NCBI GenBank assembly: GCA_000320545.1
Contig: ADNK01000614.1
Span: 187,576-251,575, forward strand
Length of the DNA: 64,000 nt
Direction of reading: 5' to 3'
From: Bigelowiella natans CCMP2755
Taxonomy: Eukaryota > Protista > Cercozoa
Part shown: piece after piece, positions 46,380 through 59,066 of the stretch
Layout of the letters: each line of letters opens with the position of its first letter
Position numbering within the stretch: position 1 is the stretch's first letter
Notes under the pieces: model-generated
Database searches by the model: none
The model's input: the letters and a program-made list of their open reading frames with translations, nothing else
Told to the model about the DNA's origin: nothing
Position numbers and translations under genes: made by a program

Positions 46380-47294
46380 ATGGTTCCAATTCTCCTTCTC
46401 CTCTCCTCCATTCCGTATTCTACTCAATCTACCACCGGCAGCACTGTCCGTTGGTATGTAGCGAGTGGGAGAGCAAGTGATAATGTCGAGTTCGCAAAGA
46501 CTAGCCCCAAAGCGCTTACGGGCTTCTACGGCTGCTGTCATGACCTACTGGTTTCCAAGAACGGTTAGACACGTTTGATTGTCCTTGCATCAGCTATTTA
46601 GAGTAAGATGTAATATGAATGGTTAATGTTTAAAGTAGTAAACTGATAAATTTCCACGATGGACTTTTCTAGGATCGATTTCGACAGCAGACAACCTCTC
46701 GACCACCGTGAGTCTGCATCGGTGAGAACACCAAAAGTCTCTTCTCTTACACTTGATGAATAACTGCTGACATGCATGTAATCCGACGGACCGAAGATGT
46801 TAGTATTAATTTACGAGAGTCCGAGCTAACTATTCTGGCGCTGCTATGCATATGTGTTCACTAGTCATGCTCTGGATTCACTTGGCCGAGTGCTAACCTA
46901 CCATTCCACATTTTCTGTGGAAGCTGAAGCTATTCTCTCTGGAGTTGCAAAATCTATAGCTCCAAATTTGGCGAAAATCGCCAAAGATTCGGTGGGGTAG
47001 TCCTCGTTCGTATCTTACTTGCATATAGGAGCTATTATCGCTTCATGCTTTCTGTCTCTGTTGACCGCTATCTTCTAGGGTGTGGACGGTCTCTTATGCG
47101 ACTACGAGCCTGATTTCAACTACACCGTTGAGCATGCGCAGAAGTATGCGGATTTTCTGTCAGCTGGTAAATATGCTTGTGAGCGTATTTCCCCCATCAT
47201 GAGTGTCACTGATCCTATTCCCCCAATCCTCGAGACAGCATACACTACCCAGCTACATGCATTTAAAACATGTATATTAAAAATATATTACATG

Positions 47295-47338
<44 letters not shown>

Positions 47339-48082
47339 TATCATTAACATTAAATATAACATATCTATTAAATTCATGGACATTTTTCTATCATCTGATT
47401 GGGTTCCATTCTTAAAAGTTCGAAAAGAGCTGAATGGGCTAGATCTTGAACTGGGAATGGATGTGGCTGGATGGGGAATCCTGGACAAATTCGACATATA
47501 CGCGGACGTCGCAGACTTCTTTACCTCGTAAGAAACTCAAAATTCATTTTCCCACATTTCCAACGTCTGAACGGGCACGTGACGTCTAACGCTGTTCGTC
47601 ATCGTTTTGTGTGTTTAATTAGGATGTCGCCCACATATAATGCAGGGAATCTGACACGCAATCGTGACTTCGTGGGAGAAATGACGCGTACTCTAGGCTC
47701 AGACAAAGTGAAAGTTGGTTTGGGTTCCTCTCCAGCTACTGGGTAGTACGACGGAAAGGCTTTAGCTCACTGCAACAGCTTTGTTACATGACGCGTATCG
47801 ATAACTTTGGTCCCTACTATCTTCTAATTTCAGCTATGAAAAGAATTGCGCGAACATGCCGACCTACAATTACACCGAAAGCAATCTTACTCCGTTCCTG
47901 GACTATTTGAAGACAAACGCGCAGGTTTTTACAATTTTTTGCAAGAATCAAAGATATTTGCGAAACACTCAGTTTTGTTTTGTATCAAGGTCTCCGGGGT
48001 TGATATTTGGAAGTGCGACATCGATAACTACGGAAAGACGGCAGACTTCTTCCTCGATGCTATAGTCCAATTCAAAGGTTGA
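46380..48082 (+). CDS. Secreted GH18-like (chitinase-fold) protein, multi-exon
   Basis: Signal-like MVPILLLLSSIPYS; GVDGLLCDYEP resembles the GH18 DxxDxDxE region; LGMDVAGW, MSPTY, VKVGLG, GVDIW; stop at 48080-48082. Confidence 0.7.
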
Positions 48083-48804
48083 AATTTTTCTTTCTGAGTT
48101 TCAATAAATGTCGATGGTTTACGTGCAAGATTTCTTGTTGAGGTATACAGATATCTAGATATAATGATCGATACATTTGAATCACTTGCAGAGGAAAGTC
48201 CTGGTAGTCCTTGCTCCGGTCATCGATGCGACACCTTGGCGTGCCCTTGTGGATGTGAGTGTGGGACTGACGCGGATCCGGGTCTCTGCTACGTGCCAGC
48301 TCATGTCAGTGATGAATGCGAATAGAAGTTGCACAGGCGCCGTTGCTCTGAGTTCTTTGATGCAATGAGCGAATGCAGCTTGATGATGCAGAAATGTTTA
48401 GTGGATGAAAGTAAAGTACTTTTTGATATGGGACTGCACATGCATGTAGCAATAGTGCTCGCACAGCATGTACGACAACCAAAGCACGAGAGTGCATCAT
48501 GACGCTCACTACTTGTCAAATATATGTGTTGCATGCAAGTCACACAGGTCATGGGTAGCTTCATGCAACTAAACAAACAACGCACGTACTTGTTTCCCGC
48601 CTCTTGCTGCTTATACTTATTAGCTCTAGAGCTAGTTAGATCAGTCTACTCGCAGTTGTATGCATAATATAACGTCGCATGACTCCACAATGTGCGCGTC
48701 CACGCCACTAGATCAACGTTTACTTTGCAGCCACATGTTGAAAAGTGTTTACATGGTAAAGTCTTGCTGTTAGCACTTGCTTAAAAAAACTACCACGCTA
48801 ATAA

Positions 48805-50414
48805 CTAGCAGTCGCAATTGCAATCGCAATTACAATTACTGCAGTCTACTGCCCCAAAATCACAATCTCCACAATCTCCGAGGTTGCAGTTGCCAACGTC
48901 GTCGCATCCGCATCCATGCGTGCAAAAATGAGAGCAACAATCTGAATGGATAACAGGATAAGATCCAGGTGTCACGTAGCGTAAACTTCATATAATAACG
49001 CCAGCATAGACAATTTGTGAAAGCAGACTCACGTATATGAAATTTTTTTTGAACTAAATGTTCTAATCTACCTTCATTCACATGTACATCGAACGGAGTT
49101 TGATTCTTTCTTTTCCGCAGATTCAGCTGTCCCATGATAATGAATTTGTCAGATCGTCACACCACATCATCCTCAATAACTTTGCTCTCATTCACCCTTC
49201 CAGTCTCGGGGTCGTAACATTGTTTGTAAACACAACAACACATCCCACTGATCAGAAGGAGAGCTCCTGCCTTACAAATTCGAACATGTTTGGGGGTATC
49301 AACGGGAACGAACAGATGCGTTTTATGAGTGAACCGCCTCACCACTGTTCCGATAATGATGCCGATCAACGTGCCGGTGTTGATGTTTCCTGTTCCCCTA
49401 ATAAGTAGGCAAATAATATCTATCACTCCGCACTCTTCACATCCACGCACAACAATAGCGTTGTCCCTTTTCTAATTGTGTCGCTCTTCCGAGCTTTTGC
49501 TCTCCCTTACAATTACGTGCTATCATCATCATCATCGGTATCTCCAGGGCCAAAATCTAGGTCTGGAGTGGGAGCCGAGGTTGCGGTTGACCGGCGACTA
49601 AGTTTTGACAATATCTGTGTGTGGCTTATCAACTAATCTACGATAATTTCATATGCTCTCGCTATAAAGTTGGAATTTGAAAGTAAGTATCTTTTTTGGG
49701 TCATAATCGAGGCTTGAAGTTGTGTTTTAACCACCACCTTGCGCACACGAATGATCGAGGGATTACATTCGGAAGATCATTCCAGGTCCCTTTCGATATA
49801 GGCAGTGCATTTTCGAATAACTTTCTTTTTCAACAGAACAGCGGAAGTTTATCTTTCAATTTTTCGGATTAACATTGATTGTCGATACCGTCCGATTGCA
49901 TTACAACATAATCCTCGCCTACGAGTCAAAAATAGAAAAGGAGTCACCAAACCCACATAGTATTCAGTGTTTCAGTTCAAATTCGAAATGCTGTCATTAG
50001 ATAGGAAAGTTGTATGTCGTACCCACAACTACCCCATTATTAGGCTCTCCATCTTCCTAACATGTATGTTATAATCTTTACAGCACGAATCTGTGGACAT
50101 GTGACGCGCGCGGAATATTGCGGGGTTACCCAATTAGTGTAGGAGAATTCGGAACCGTCTATCCATACGAAATCTCTTTGATGTTAGGCATGTTTTACAA
50201 TGTGTTGCCGGTATAATGCTACTTACATAAGCATGGACATGATTCCTTGACTGTGTAGCTTGTATTTCTCTTAGTGAAGGAACTGAAAAACTAACCCTTC
50301 ATTCGCAACATCAGATGCTCCAATCCATATTGCCGCTGTTTATGTAGTTGAAATTCAGTAACTAAAAACTGTAAAGAATCTCTTTAGACACAAGCACACA
50401 CACACACACTCAAA

Positions 50415-50468
<54 letters not shown>

Positions 50469-50844
50469 GATGTTGTGTAAATATTATCGTGATGCCTTAC
50501 AAGTGCTTCCTCCCGCAATAAACGTCAAATTGCGAACCAAACTATTCTCAGTTTCATCTCCAATGCTTACCAACCCTTTATTCCTGATAATTGTGCCGGA
50601 TATTTTTTAATATACTTAAAGTATGCAACGGTAGGCAACACATTAATGTAATAGAAAACATATTCGTATTCTACCCGGTCAGTTGTTGGCAAAAATCCTC
50701 CGCCGCATTAAAATTTTCTGTACGTTCTGGGAAGTATATAAAGCTACGATTTCCCAGCGAAATAGTCACGTTGGTCTCTGAAGTGCAATCTGGTAGCAGC
50801 GTAGCGAAAATAGACGCTAGAAAGAATGGTGCTCGTACAAACAT
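48805..50844 (-). CDS. Type I membrane protein: signal peptide, C-type lectin domain, S/T/D stalk, TM helix and Cys-rich cytoplasmic tail
   Basis: Phase-consistent exons: [123 protein letters not shown]; last exon ends DCNCDC* at 48805. Confidence 0.88.
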
Positions 50845-51149
50845 GCGGGTTTTGAGGCAACAACTTCACGGCCATGTCGCAGCTGTTCGTCTGAAAATAG
50901 CTTCGATTTTCGAATAGCAGCACGCATTTGACCGTGACGCTGTATTCGATCGCCCTGCTATTTCGTTAAAAAATGTCGAGGAAATGCGAGCAAAAGGGGA
51001 CACCATCCCTCCGCCGCTGGTATTTAAATGTCTGCGTTTGGTGCTCGCTTGCCTGCTGTTTTTTGGTTGTAAATCATTGATTTTTGATTGTCGTTCCATT
51101 GAAAAACGCCTGTATTTCGTATCCATTCTCCGACAAACAAACCTTAACA

Positions 51150-51609
51150 ATGCCCACGTCCTATTCGAGCACTGCCTCCGTCCTGCTCGTGGTGCTGGCC
51201 AACGTGTTCCTTGAGCTCTGCAACGCTGAAGGTAAACCAAATTTTTGCTTGGGGGGAGCGAGCTTTTATTTGCAATCGCATCCGTGCTGAAAAGAACAAG
51301 ACATTGATCTGATGCTTTCCTCAAGGAGAGGCCGTCGCGGTTATTGCAGAGGCTGAGAGGGAATTTGCAAGGACTCATCAGGAGGATATGTTGGGAGCAC
51401 ACTTGCCAAAGATCCTTAAAATAGGACTTGTAGGTATCGCTGTACTGGTTGTTAGCTCCTGCGTGCTTGGTCTATGTGTGGGAATATTCTTCTCGAAAAC
51501 GTTCCAAAGCTGCTGCAAGGACCCAATCTGGAGAAATGGTAAAAGCTCCCAGGCTCTTTCAAATAGCTATCAAGTCGTTTCGAGAGTCCCGATTGTAAAG
51601 AAGACCTAG
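51150..51609 (+). CDS. Small type I membrane protein, 2 exons (51150-51231, 51350-51609), about 113 aa
   Basis: Signal MPTSYSSTASVLLVVLANVFLELCNAE; in-phase GT-AG intron; TM IGLVGIAVLVVSSCVLGLCVGIFF. Confidence 0.65.
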
Positions 51610-51856
51610 AGTAAAATGTCAGATGAAGACTCGTACTTAAAACATTCACATCCCACCGTATTTCTAGTTTCGTTGATTTGCTTATAAACAATAGTAGGCA
51701 AATTATGTTTTGTACATCATATGTCTAACAATGACGAACATGAATAGATGTTACCCGCAATGCATTCAATGACGTCGACTGTAGTGCAGACGTTACACGC
51801 ATGCATAGTCAGACATGTAGTAGCTCTTGTTTAGCCTACGATACGCATACTTAAAG

Positions 51857-51910
<54 letters not shown>

Positions 51911-52206
51911 ATGTGTGTGTGTATGTGTACGGCGATGATACGCACGTGCGAACATTTTTATCAGTAATAGCACGGCATGAGCTTAACAAACGGCAAATGT
52001 TTTGCGATGCGACGGAGCACGCCATGAATTGCACTTGCAATTAATACTAGATGTACCCGTAAGCCTGGGAATATGATACATACAGCATAGTAGCCCACAA
52101 GCATGCATGATGAAGATATGTGCAAAATAGGAAAGTACGCACTCTTTATCATGCTCAAGTTAAAGGTACAGCGCTACAATACATCTCTTGTAGAAGCTGC
52201 AATAAG

Positions 52207-52478
52207 TTATAGATTAATCGGGTGGAAAATATTGAATCCCGATTCTGCGGTTGCTATGATTCTACCAACTATATCGGGATCAAAGGCAACTTCTTTCACT
52301 TCATTCATACCCTAATTTTGTGCAGATTTGCATCGGAAAAACATTCACGTTCGTTGGAATTCATCAACTAAGAAAATCTTCATCATGATGAAGATTATCA
52401 CCAGGTTGCGGTACGATGACAAAATATGTAGAAATGATAAAATCATGTATTTAATATATACATATGTGCGTGTGTGCG

Positions 52479-52564
<86 letters not shown>

Positions 52565-53369
52565 GGGGGGGAGGAGAGAGTATTCAGAAATGTAAGGGTT
52601 GTTCAATGCCTACCTGATGCACGAAATATAAGCTGACAGGAATATCTGGCTGCTGTGGTTGCCGAGGCTGCTGCTGCTTCTCCTTCTTCTTTTTCCTATT
52701 TTTTGATGGGATCTTATTCACCCCTTGGATATCTTCCATACAATCGTCGTCGTTGTCGTCGTCCGCCTCCAGAGAGAAATCCCATACTCTATTATCATCA
52801 TTTCGCACACATCACCGCCGCCGCACACAGAAGGATCAAGAACATCACGTGCCAAACCATGCCATGCAGAGGACGGGTGGGTTGTGCTGCACGTACGTGA
52901 CTCGATTATCAGCGGAGGATACGACAAGAACAGACTCCTCGTCAGGGTGCCAGGCTATAGAGGTGATTGGATGGCCGATGTGATAGCTCACGGAAGCTAT
53001 CGGCGTTGGCGACGATTCCAATGATGATTTGGTATCCTTCCTCTCTCCCTCTCCGTTCTTGCCTTCATCGTCTCCGTCGTTGTCATTATCATCGTCGCCA
53101 ACAAGAAGCTCCCTTTGTGGGGGCACGATATCATGATGATATTGATGAATAATAGTGAGAAATAAGATGACCAGGATAAGATAAAAATCTGAATCCTCCT
53201 CGTCACCCTCCCCCCCCCCCCCTCCTACAAGATTATAACCTGAGGTCCCAGACTTTGAAGGTACCGTCATCGGCACCAGTAGCTAGCAAGTGGGCGCACG
53301 TACTCTTCGTGTTCCACGCCATAACATTCACCTTGAGAAACATAATCCTTCGATGAGTTTGCATACCTG

Positions 53370-53414
<45 letters not shown>

Positions 53415-53762
53415 CCTTCTCTCTTCCCTGCACCTCCCCCCCCATCTCCTTCTTCCGTACTCATCACAGACATCGGCATCATGCGCCTTGAAGATGATCT
53501 TAGGCTTTGGGTTGTTCTTGTTTTTGAAAGGGTCTTTTCCGCCTCCTCTACTGCGACGCTGCTGGCTGTTGGCATTTGCAGCAGCCGTGGCGAGTGAAGA
53601 GGGGGGGTGGCACGCGTCGGTGGCAGCCCATATCCTAACTTTGCCATCCACACATGCGGTAGCAAAGACTCCCGGTTCTACTGGCGACCAACAAATATCC
53701 TCCACGGAGCCTAAGGAATGGGAACGGATGATTTACTGGATGATGCAATCTTGATCACATGG

Positions 53763-53803
<41 letters not shown>

Positions 53804-53970
53804 ATCGTTCAAGATAGATATCTGACCAGGATGAAGGAACTCTGCATCTAAGATCTTCCATGGCGAGGAGGAGGACGGTGGTAAAGACGATGAAGTCTGC
53901 GACGAAAGAGGAGGGGCAGAATCCAGCTGCTGCCACAACTTAACGACTCCACTGCAAGAGTAGAGAAGTA

Positions 53971-54034
<64 letters not shown>

Positions 54035-54314
54035 GCAGCTAACATGTGTAAACACCAATCGCACAAACTTCCTCTAGGTCGATCGTCACGTGAGTGCCCT
54101 TAAGAGTGTTACTTTGTGTCGCCAGTGAGGAGTGCAAAGCTCCTAAGCTTTTCCCCCTCGTCATAGTCTTTCTGCACCGCTGAGCTTCCTCCACCTCCCT
54201 GCCTATAGTGAGGAGACCAAGCTAGTGCATATCCCTCTGCGCCGTGGCCACCATACTTGAAACGAGGCCGCAGCTTCATCTCTGTGAAGGAGACACGATG
54301 CGCACATAGTAGTG

Positions 54315-54345
<31 letters not shown>

Positions 54346-56008
54346 CGATGATGGAGGAGGAAGAGCAAGAGGCAGCAATCAACACCACTGTAAAAATCGG
54401 TGCGAGCGACAGGTAGATACTAATTGAATGGAGAAAAGCAATCGAGGTTTTACTTATGTCATCCTCCTCCTACTTCTTTTTCTCTTACCTCTGAACATGG
54501 CCCCCCTCCGATCGAATTTACTCTTAACGAGAGGCCGCGCGTTCTGGCTGCTAGTATCGTGCTCGTCATCGCCCCTTCCATCGTCTTTGTCTCCCTCCAG
54601 CATCTTCACAGCAACACTGGCGTTCCAAATGTACACGAAGCCGTTGTCTGACATTGTGGCGATGATATTCGGGTTCCTAGGTACAATAATGAGATGTAAA
54701 TTTCAATTAGGGGGGAGGGAGAAGACAAAAGATAGGGGAAATGGAAGAAGAGGGAGGCCTATTAGCGTATTAGCGTTGTGATGTTACATGTTGTTCTTTC
54801 TTTAAGCAACCACTCATGCTTGTCATCATTATCATCATTATCATCATCATCATCATCACCATCACCATCATCGTCACTATCACCTGGGGTCTGCCCTTAT
54901 TCGGTTGACGGTACCAGGATGACTCCACTGCACAACGATATCTCTTTTCCTCCCTTTCTCGTCCTTTTCCTTATTCCTCATATTTGCTCCAGATTGGTTC
55001 GTCGCTGGCGCATCAGCTTGATGTGCTAATCCTCCTATCCCTTCCTTCCCACCCCCTCCTTCACTCCCTGCTGCTCCTCTTCTCGAATTTAGACTCTGTC
55101 GTTTGCAATGCCTTTGCTCTCCATCCTTCTTCTCCACGCTACTGTTTTTCTTCTCGCTGGCCTCACACTCAACCCCCTCCACTACCTCCTCCTCTTCATC
55201 GCCGTCATCCCGGATTTCGAGGTCCTTCATTGCCGGTCTCTTCTTCTTGTTCTTCTTGCTCCACTTGGAGGACTGGCGTTCGTCTGTATCCACGCTTGGA
55301 ACGGAGAACTCGTCATTTCCATATTCTTCGTCGTCACTAATGGCTGAGAACTCGTCGTCATCCTCGGTGCTACTAGAGGTGCCCTGTCAATGTGTACGTG
55401 TCAGAAGGCTGTGGGTGGGTGGTTGCGAGGAGTATGAATCCCGCATGATTGTTCAAATGACGGAGCACCGAACATTACGCGTCCTACAACATGTACTAGT
55501 TTTTCGTGATTGCCATGTATAGAAGTTGTTTTCTCTAGTTTCTGACATCTTCTTAAGATCACAGCAGGACACACATCACCGCCACCACCACCACCATCAT
55601 CATCATCGTCGTCGTCGTCGTCATCAGTGTGCACCTGTTTCGAACATCGCACGTACGGGACTGCAAGATCTACAAGAGCTACGAAGTTTTCCGCCGATTT
55701 TATTGCGTTTGTGCCTACCCAGTAATGATCACCATCACCACCATCATCATCATCGCCTGCCTGTTATCATTATCATCATCAAGATCTCCAACCTGCGACC
55801 AATCGAGTTCTCGAAGATAAAGACGGAAAGGAAGTTGTAGACACAGGCGAGGACGCTGCTGCATTGTTCTTCTTCGTAGACGCGGAAGGTGATGGTGGGC
55901 AATCGGAGGAGGCCCCATGATTGGATCGAATAATGTCGAAGCTTAGGCACGGCCAATTCAATCCTATGCAAGCAGACAGTCAGATAAATGTTCATTGCAT
56001 CATCCACA

Positions 56009-56045
<37 letters not shown>

Positions 56046-56599
56046 ACACACTTACGGAAGGATCGAAAAGATCGATAGATATTTTCTCGCCCGATCAACG
56101 CCTCTTCCCTCTCACCTAGCGATCCTAGTACGACGATGGTGTAGAGCAAATAAACTCGAACGGAGTGTGCACCGAATTGATTGTCAGCTTCTCCAACAAT
56201 TTTATAGTACCTCCTCCCTTCACATCCTCCCACTAAGAACCCATGTTGCACATCTTTCAATCTGTCTATAGCCTCCATCCCATCACCTTTGAGTAGCGTA
56301 GAATGCTCGTGGTGGTTACCAATTCCTTGAAAGTGGTAATGCCTCGAGCCATCACCATGACGGCTAGGGCTTCTGTGTACATAATATTTCATTAGATTTT
56401 ATTGATTGTCAATGGTGGCTGCCGCGTTCTCGATGCACCAGAGCTAAAATACATAGGTCTGCTTGAGTGCTGTACCAGCAACCACGAAATACCTTTGTTC
56501 GTCTTCCCTTCGAAGGACAACGAGCATGGGAAAGAGCGTAGAAGCTAGTAGTGCAACCACACGTATGAACCTCTTCCTCGGTCGGCCAGGGCGGCCCAT
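52207..56599 (-). CDS. GRWD1: Glutamate-rich WD-repeat protein 1 / Rrb1 homologue, multi-exon, with low-complexity insertions; start tentative
   Basis: WPCLSFDII, LVAG|TNA, HPGTVNRIRA, GHGAEGYALAWS, SVEDICWSP, VNVMAWN..LLATGADDGTFKVWDLR, PITSIAWHP, WDFSLEAD, LYFVHQ|GMNEVKEV..GFNIF; stop at 52207. Confidence 0.9.
52430..56060. repeat. Microsatellite-dense domain 3 (GRWD1 gene body)
   Basis: (GT)n, (GA)n, (CT)n, (TA)n, (TAG)n and (CAT)n runs in introns. Confidence 0.9.
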
Positions 56600-57233
56600 C
56601 TTTCCCCCCCTACCGCCTATCCTCTCCCACACGAATCGGTTCTGCTCCAGAGTGGGGTCCGGTGCTAACTTGTAACGCCCAGACAGTCACGAGGTCAATT
56701 TTCATCCGGCATAGAACAGTGGGACGATGATCTTCTTCGATGAAAAACCAGACATTTTTATAGTGGATATATCCGGCTCAGCAAACCAGCAGCGATGTGA
56801 GTAACAACGATGCGACTGCAGATGTTCATTTTCTGCCGCACAGGCAAAATTGTGTTCCGAAGTTTTCCGCTAAATGTTGATGATAATCTACGAGAAAGAC
56901 GAAGCGAACGAACCAGTAGAGATCTACCGAGGACATCATCATCATCATCATGACCGACCATGATCTTGTTCTTCCCGGAAAGTTCCCAGAATCCATAGCT
57001 TCGTAGAAGAAAAGGACCCGAACCAGCGGCGCAAAGGCCGATGTTGCCCTGCAATTTCGTTGATTTCTCTCTGCGACAAGCCTGTTTAAGCCCAAAATGA
57101 CCTCATTTCCTTCTCCTTGCGGTCGCGCCCGCACCCGGGTTCTGCACTCTGTCGGCCCGGTCCCAGAGCTTTCAATTCCGAATCACAACTCAACAAACCG
57201 AACAACACAAACTGCTTACAAACGAGATCAAAC

Positions 57234-58238
57234 ATGTCATCTCGACCAAGATCGAGGCATGGGGGAAGAAGGAACCTGCCCAAGTTTACACCGTCGCTCA
57301 AACTCTTTCTGCAGCCCCATGTCATCTACAAAGGTGTCGTCGCACGCGTGGGGCAGAAAGCCGCTTCCGTTGACATTGGATTTGGAAAGATCCTAGGTAT
57401 ACTACCGCGCTCACGTGTGGCTGCTCCTTCCCTGAAGAAGTTCTTTAACAAATACGAGTCCACTATGAAACTGTGGTATCCAAAGACCGAAGACTGTCGC
57501 GATGTGCTTCAGCCTGGAGACGTCATTGAGGTGGTTGCCTCACGGGTTTCTCAGCGTCAAATTGACCTGGAACGTGCTCCAGCCGATGCTAAGTCGCGTT
57601 TATTTCTCAACTACTTGCACAGTCCGGGCATGAAGAAACCTTCATCATCATCATCATCTACATCATCATCCTCTGTAGCAGCCACGACGAACGCCACAAG
57701 TCCTGCTGAATCGAAAATAGGGTCCTGCAGCTCGTCACGCTCACCCAGTATCAAGAGTGACGAAGACTTGACTGTATTCCACAACAAACTCATTGATTCT
57801 ACGCCAACGAAGAAAGTGTATCAGCACCTGTCGTCTAATCTGCAAGAAGCTGAAACGAAAAAGAAAGTAACTCGCAAGCGCCTTGAAGCACTAAAGGTAG
57901 GAACGGTTCTGGAAGGACACGTGAAAAACGTGCTTCACTTTGGTGCATTCGTAGACATTGGTGCCACGAAAGACGGGTTAATTCCGCTTGGCTGCTTACG
58001 GTTCTGGAACAATCGGCAGAAAGAATCCGCTCGTAGTTCATCTGGCAGCGCTTTTTCTTCCGCAGGCGATATCCTTCGTCGTGGGGATCGCGTGGAGGTT
58101 CTCATCGAGAGCATCGACAAACGCAGAAAACGCATTGGATTGGACCTATTGTCGAAGGGAAATAAGGCAGAGGGAGAAGCCAATCCTTTGCCCGTTCCTA
58201 ACTTGAAGGATCCCAATGAGTTTCCTCCCCTCAAATGA
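57234..58238 (+). CDS. Intronless tandem S1 RNA-binding-domain protein (334 aa from ATG 57234; the frame is open from about 57090)
   Basis: S1 no.1: IYKGVVARVGQKAASVDIG..GILPRS..LQPGDVIEV. S1 no.2: LKVGTVLEGHVKNVLHFGAFVDIGATKDGLI..LRRGDRVEVLIESIDKRRKRIGLDL. Confidence 0.88.
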   Translation: MSSRPRSRHGGRRNLPKFTPSLKLFLQPHVIYKGVVARVGQKAASVDIGFGKILGILPRSRVAAPSLKKFFNKYESTMKLWYPKTEDCRDVLQPGDVIEVVASRVSQRQIDLERAPADAKSRLFLNYLHSPGMKKPSSSSSSTSSSSVAATTNATSPAESKIGSCSSSRSPSIKSDEDLTVFHNKLIDSTPTKKVYQHLSSNLQEAETKKKVTRKRLEALKVGTVLEGHVKNVLHFGAFVDIGATKDGLIPLGCLRFWNNRQKESARSSSGSAFSSAGDILRRGDRVEVLIESIDKRRKRIGLDLLSKGNKAEGEANPLPVPNLKDPNEFPPLK

Positions 58239-58974
58239 AAAAAGATAGCCATGAAAATGGCAACTTGCAAAATGCAATACACGTGGCAGCTTTATGCCCG
58301 ATAACAATCAACAAAAAATGTTGGAAAACAATGTCACTGTTCTCAGTGAGGACAACCTTATTTCTCACTTGCAAAACAGAAAAGCTGTGTGGATTATTTT
58401 CTTAGTCTTTCATCTCCGACCGAAACAAATTCATTTAACGTTTCTGAGGAAGCCAACGCTGAGCTCCATGCATGCTGTTGAAATGATTTAAAAAAGATTT
58501 AAAAAAATTCAAACAATCACCCAATTTTCTGAGCTCAAATGAATTCACGCCACAAGCCAGTCTCAAAAGACTTTGAAATGCACGCGGGCAGCGGCACTTG
58601 TGTTTTTTGTCAATTGCAGCATAATGCTGCGATCAATGCACTGCTACTTAAACCAAAACTAGCATGACCCAACGAAAATGCGCACCACTTTGCGCACACT
58701 GTTGGACATCATCTTCGCCTCATTCTGTTCTGATCAACATGCATGCATGCCAAGGGATCGAACACAGATTTTCATGCGTGTGCAGCATTGCAGGGCATGC
58801 ATGCACACGAATGTCTAATGTACAACATTTGCTGGATGCCTTCGCACCATGTGGAATGATGCAGCATTTTTTGAAATGGCACTTCAAGGCTTGAACTTTC
58901 TATTGAAGCATAAATTAAGACATGACAAATTTCTTTTATTCCGATCTTCATCATGAGCGCATTCATCTATATAT

Positions 58975-59033
58975 CTACGATTCGGACGCTGCATCCCAAG
59001 GACGACGTTGAACCCCATCATCATCATCATCAT

Positions 59034-59066
<33 letters not shown>

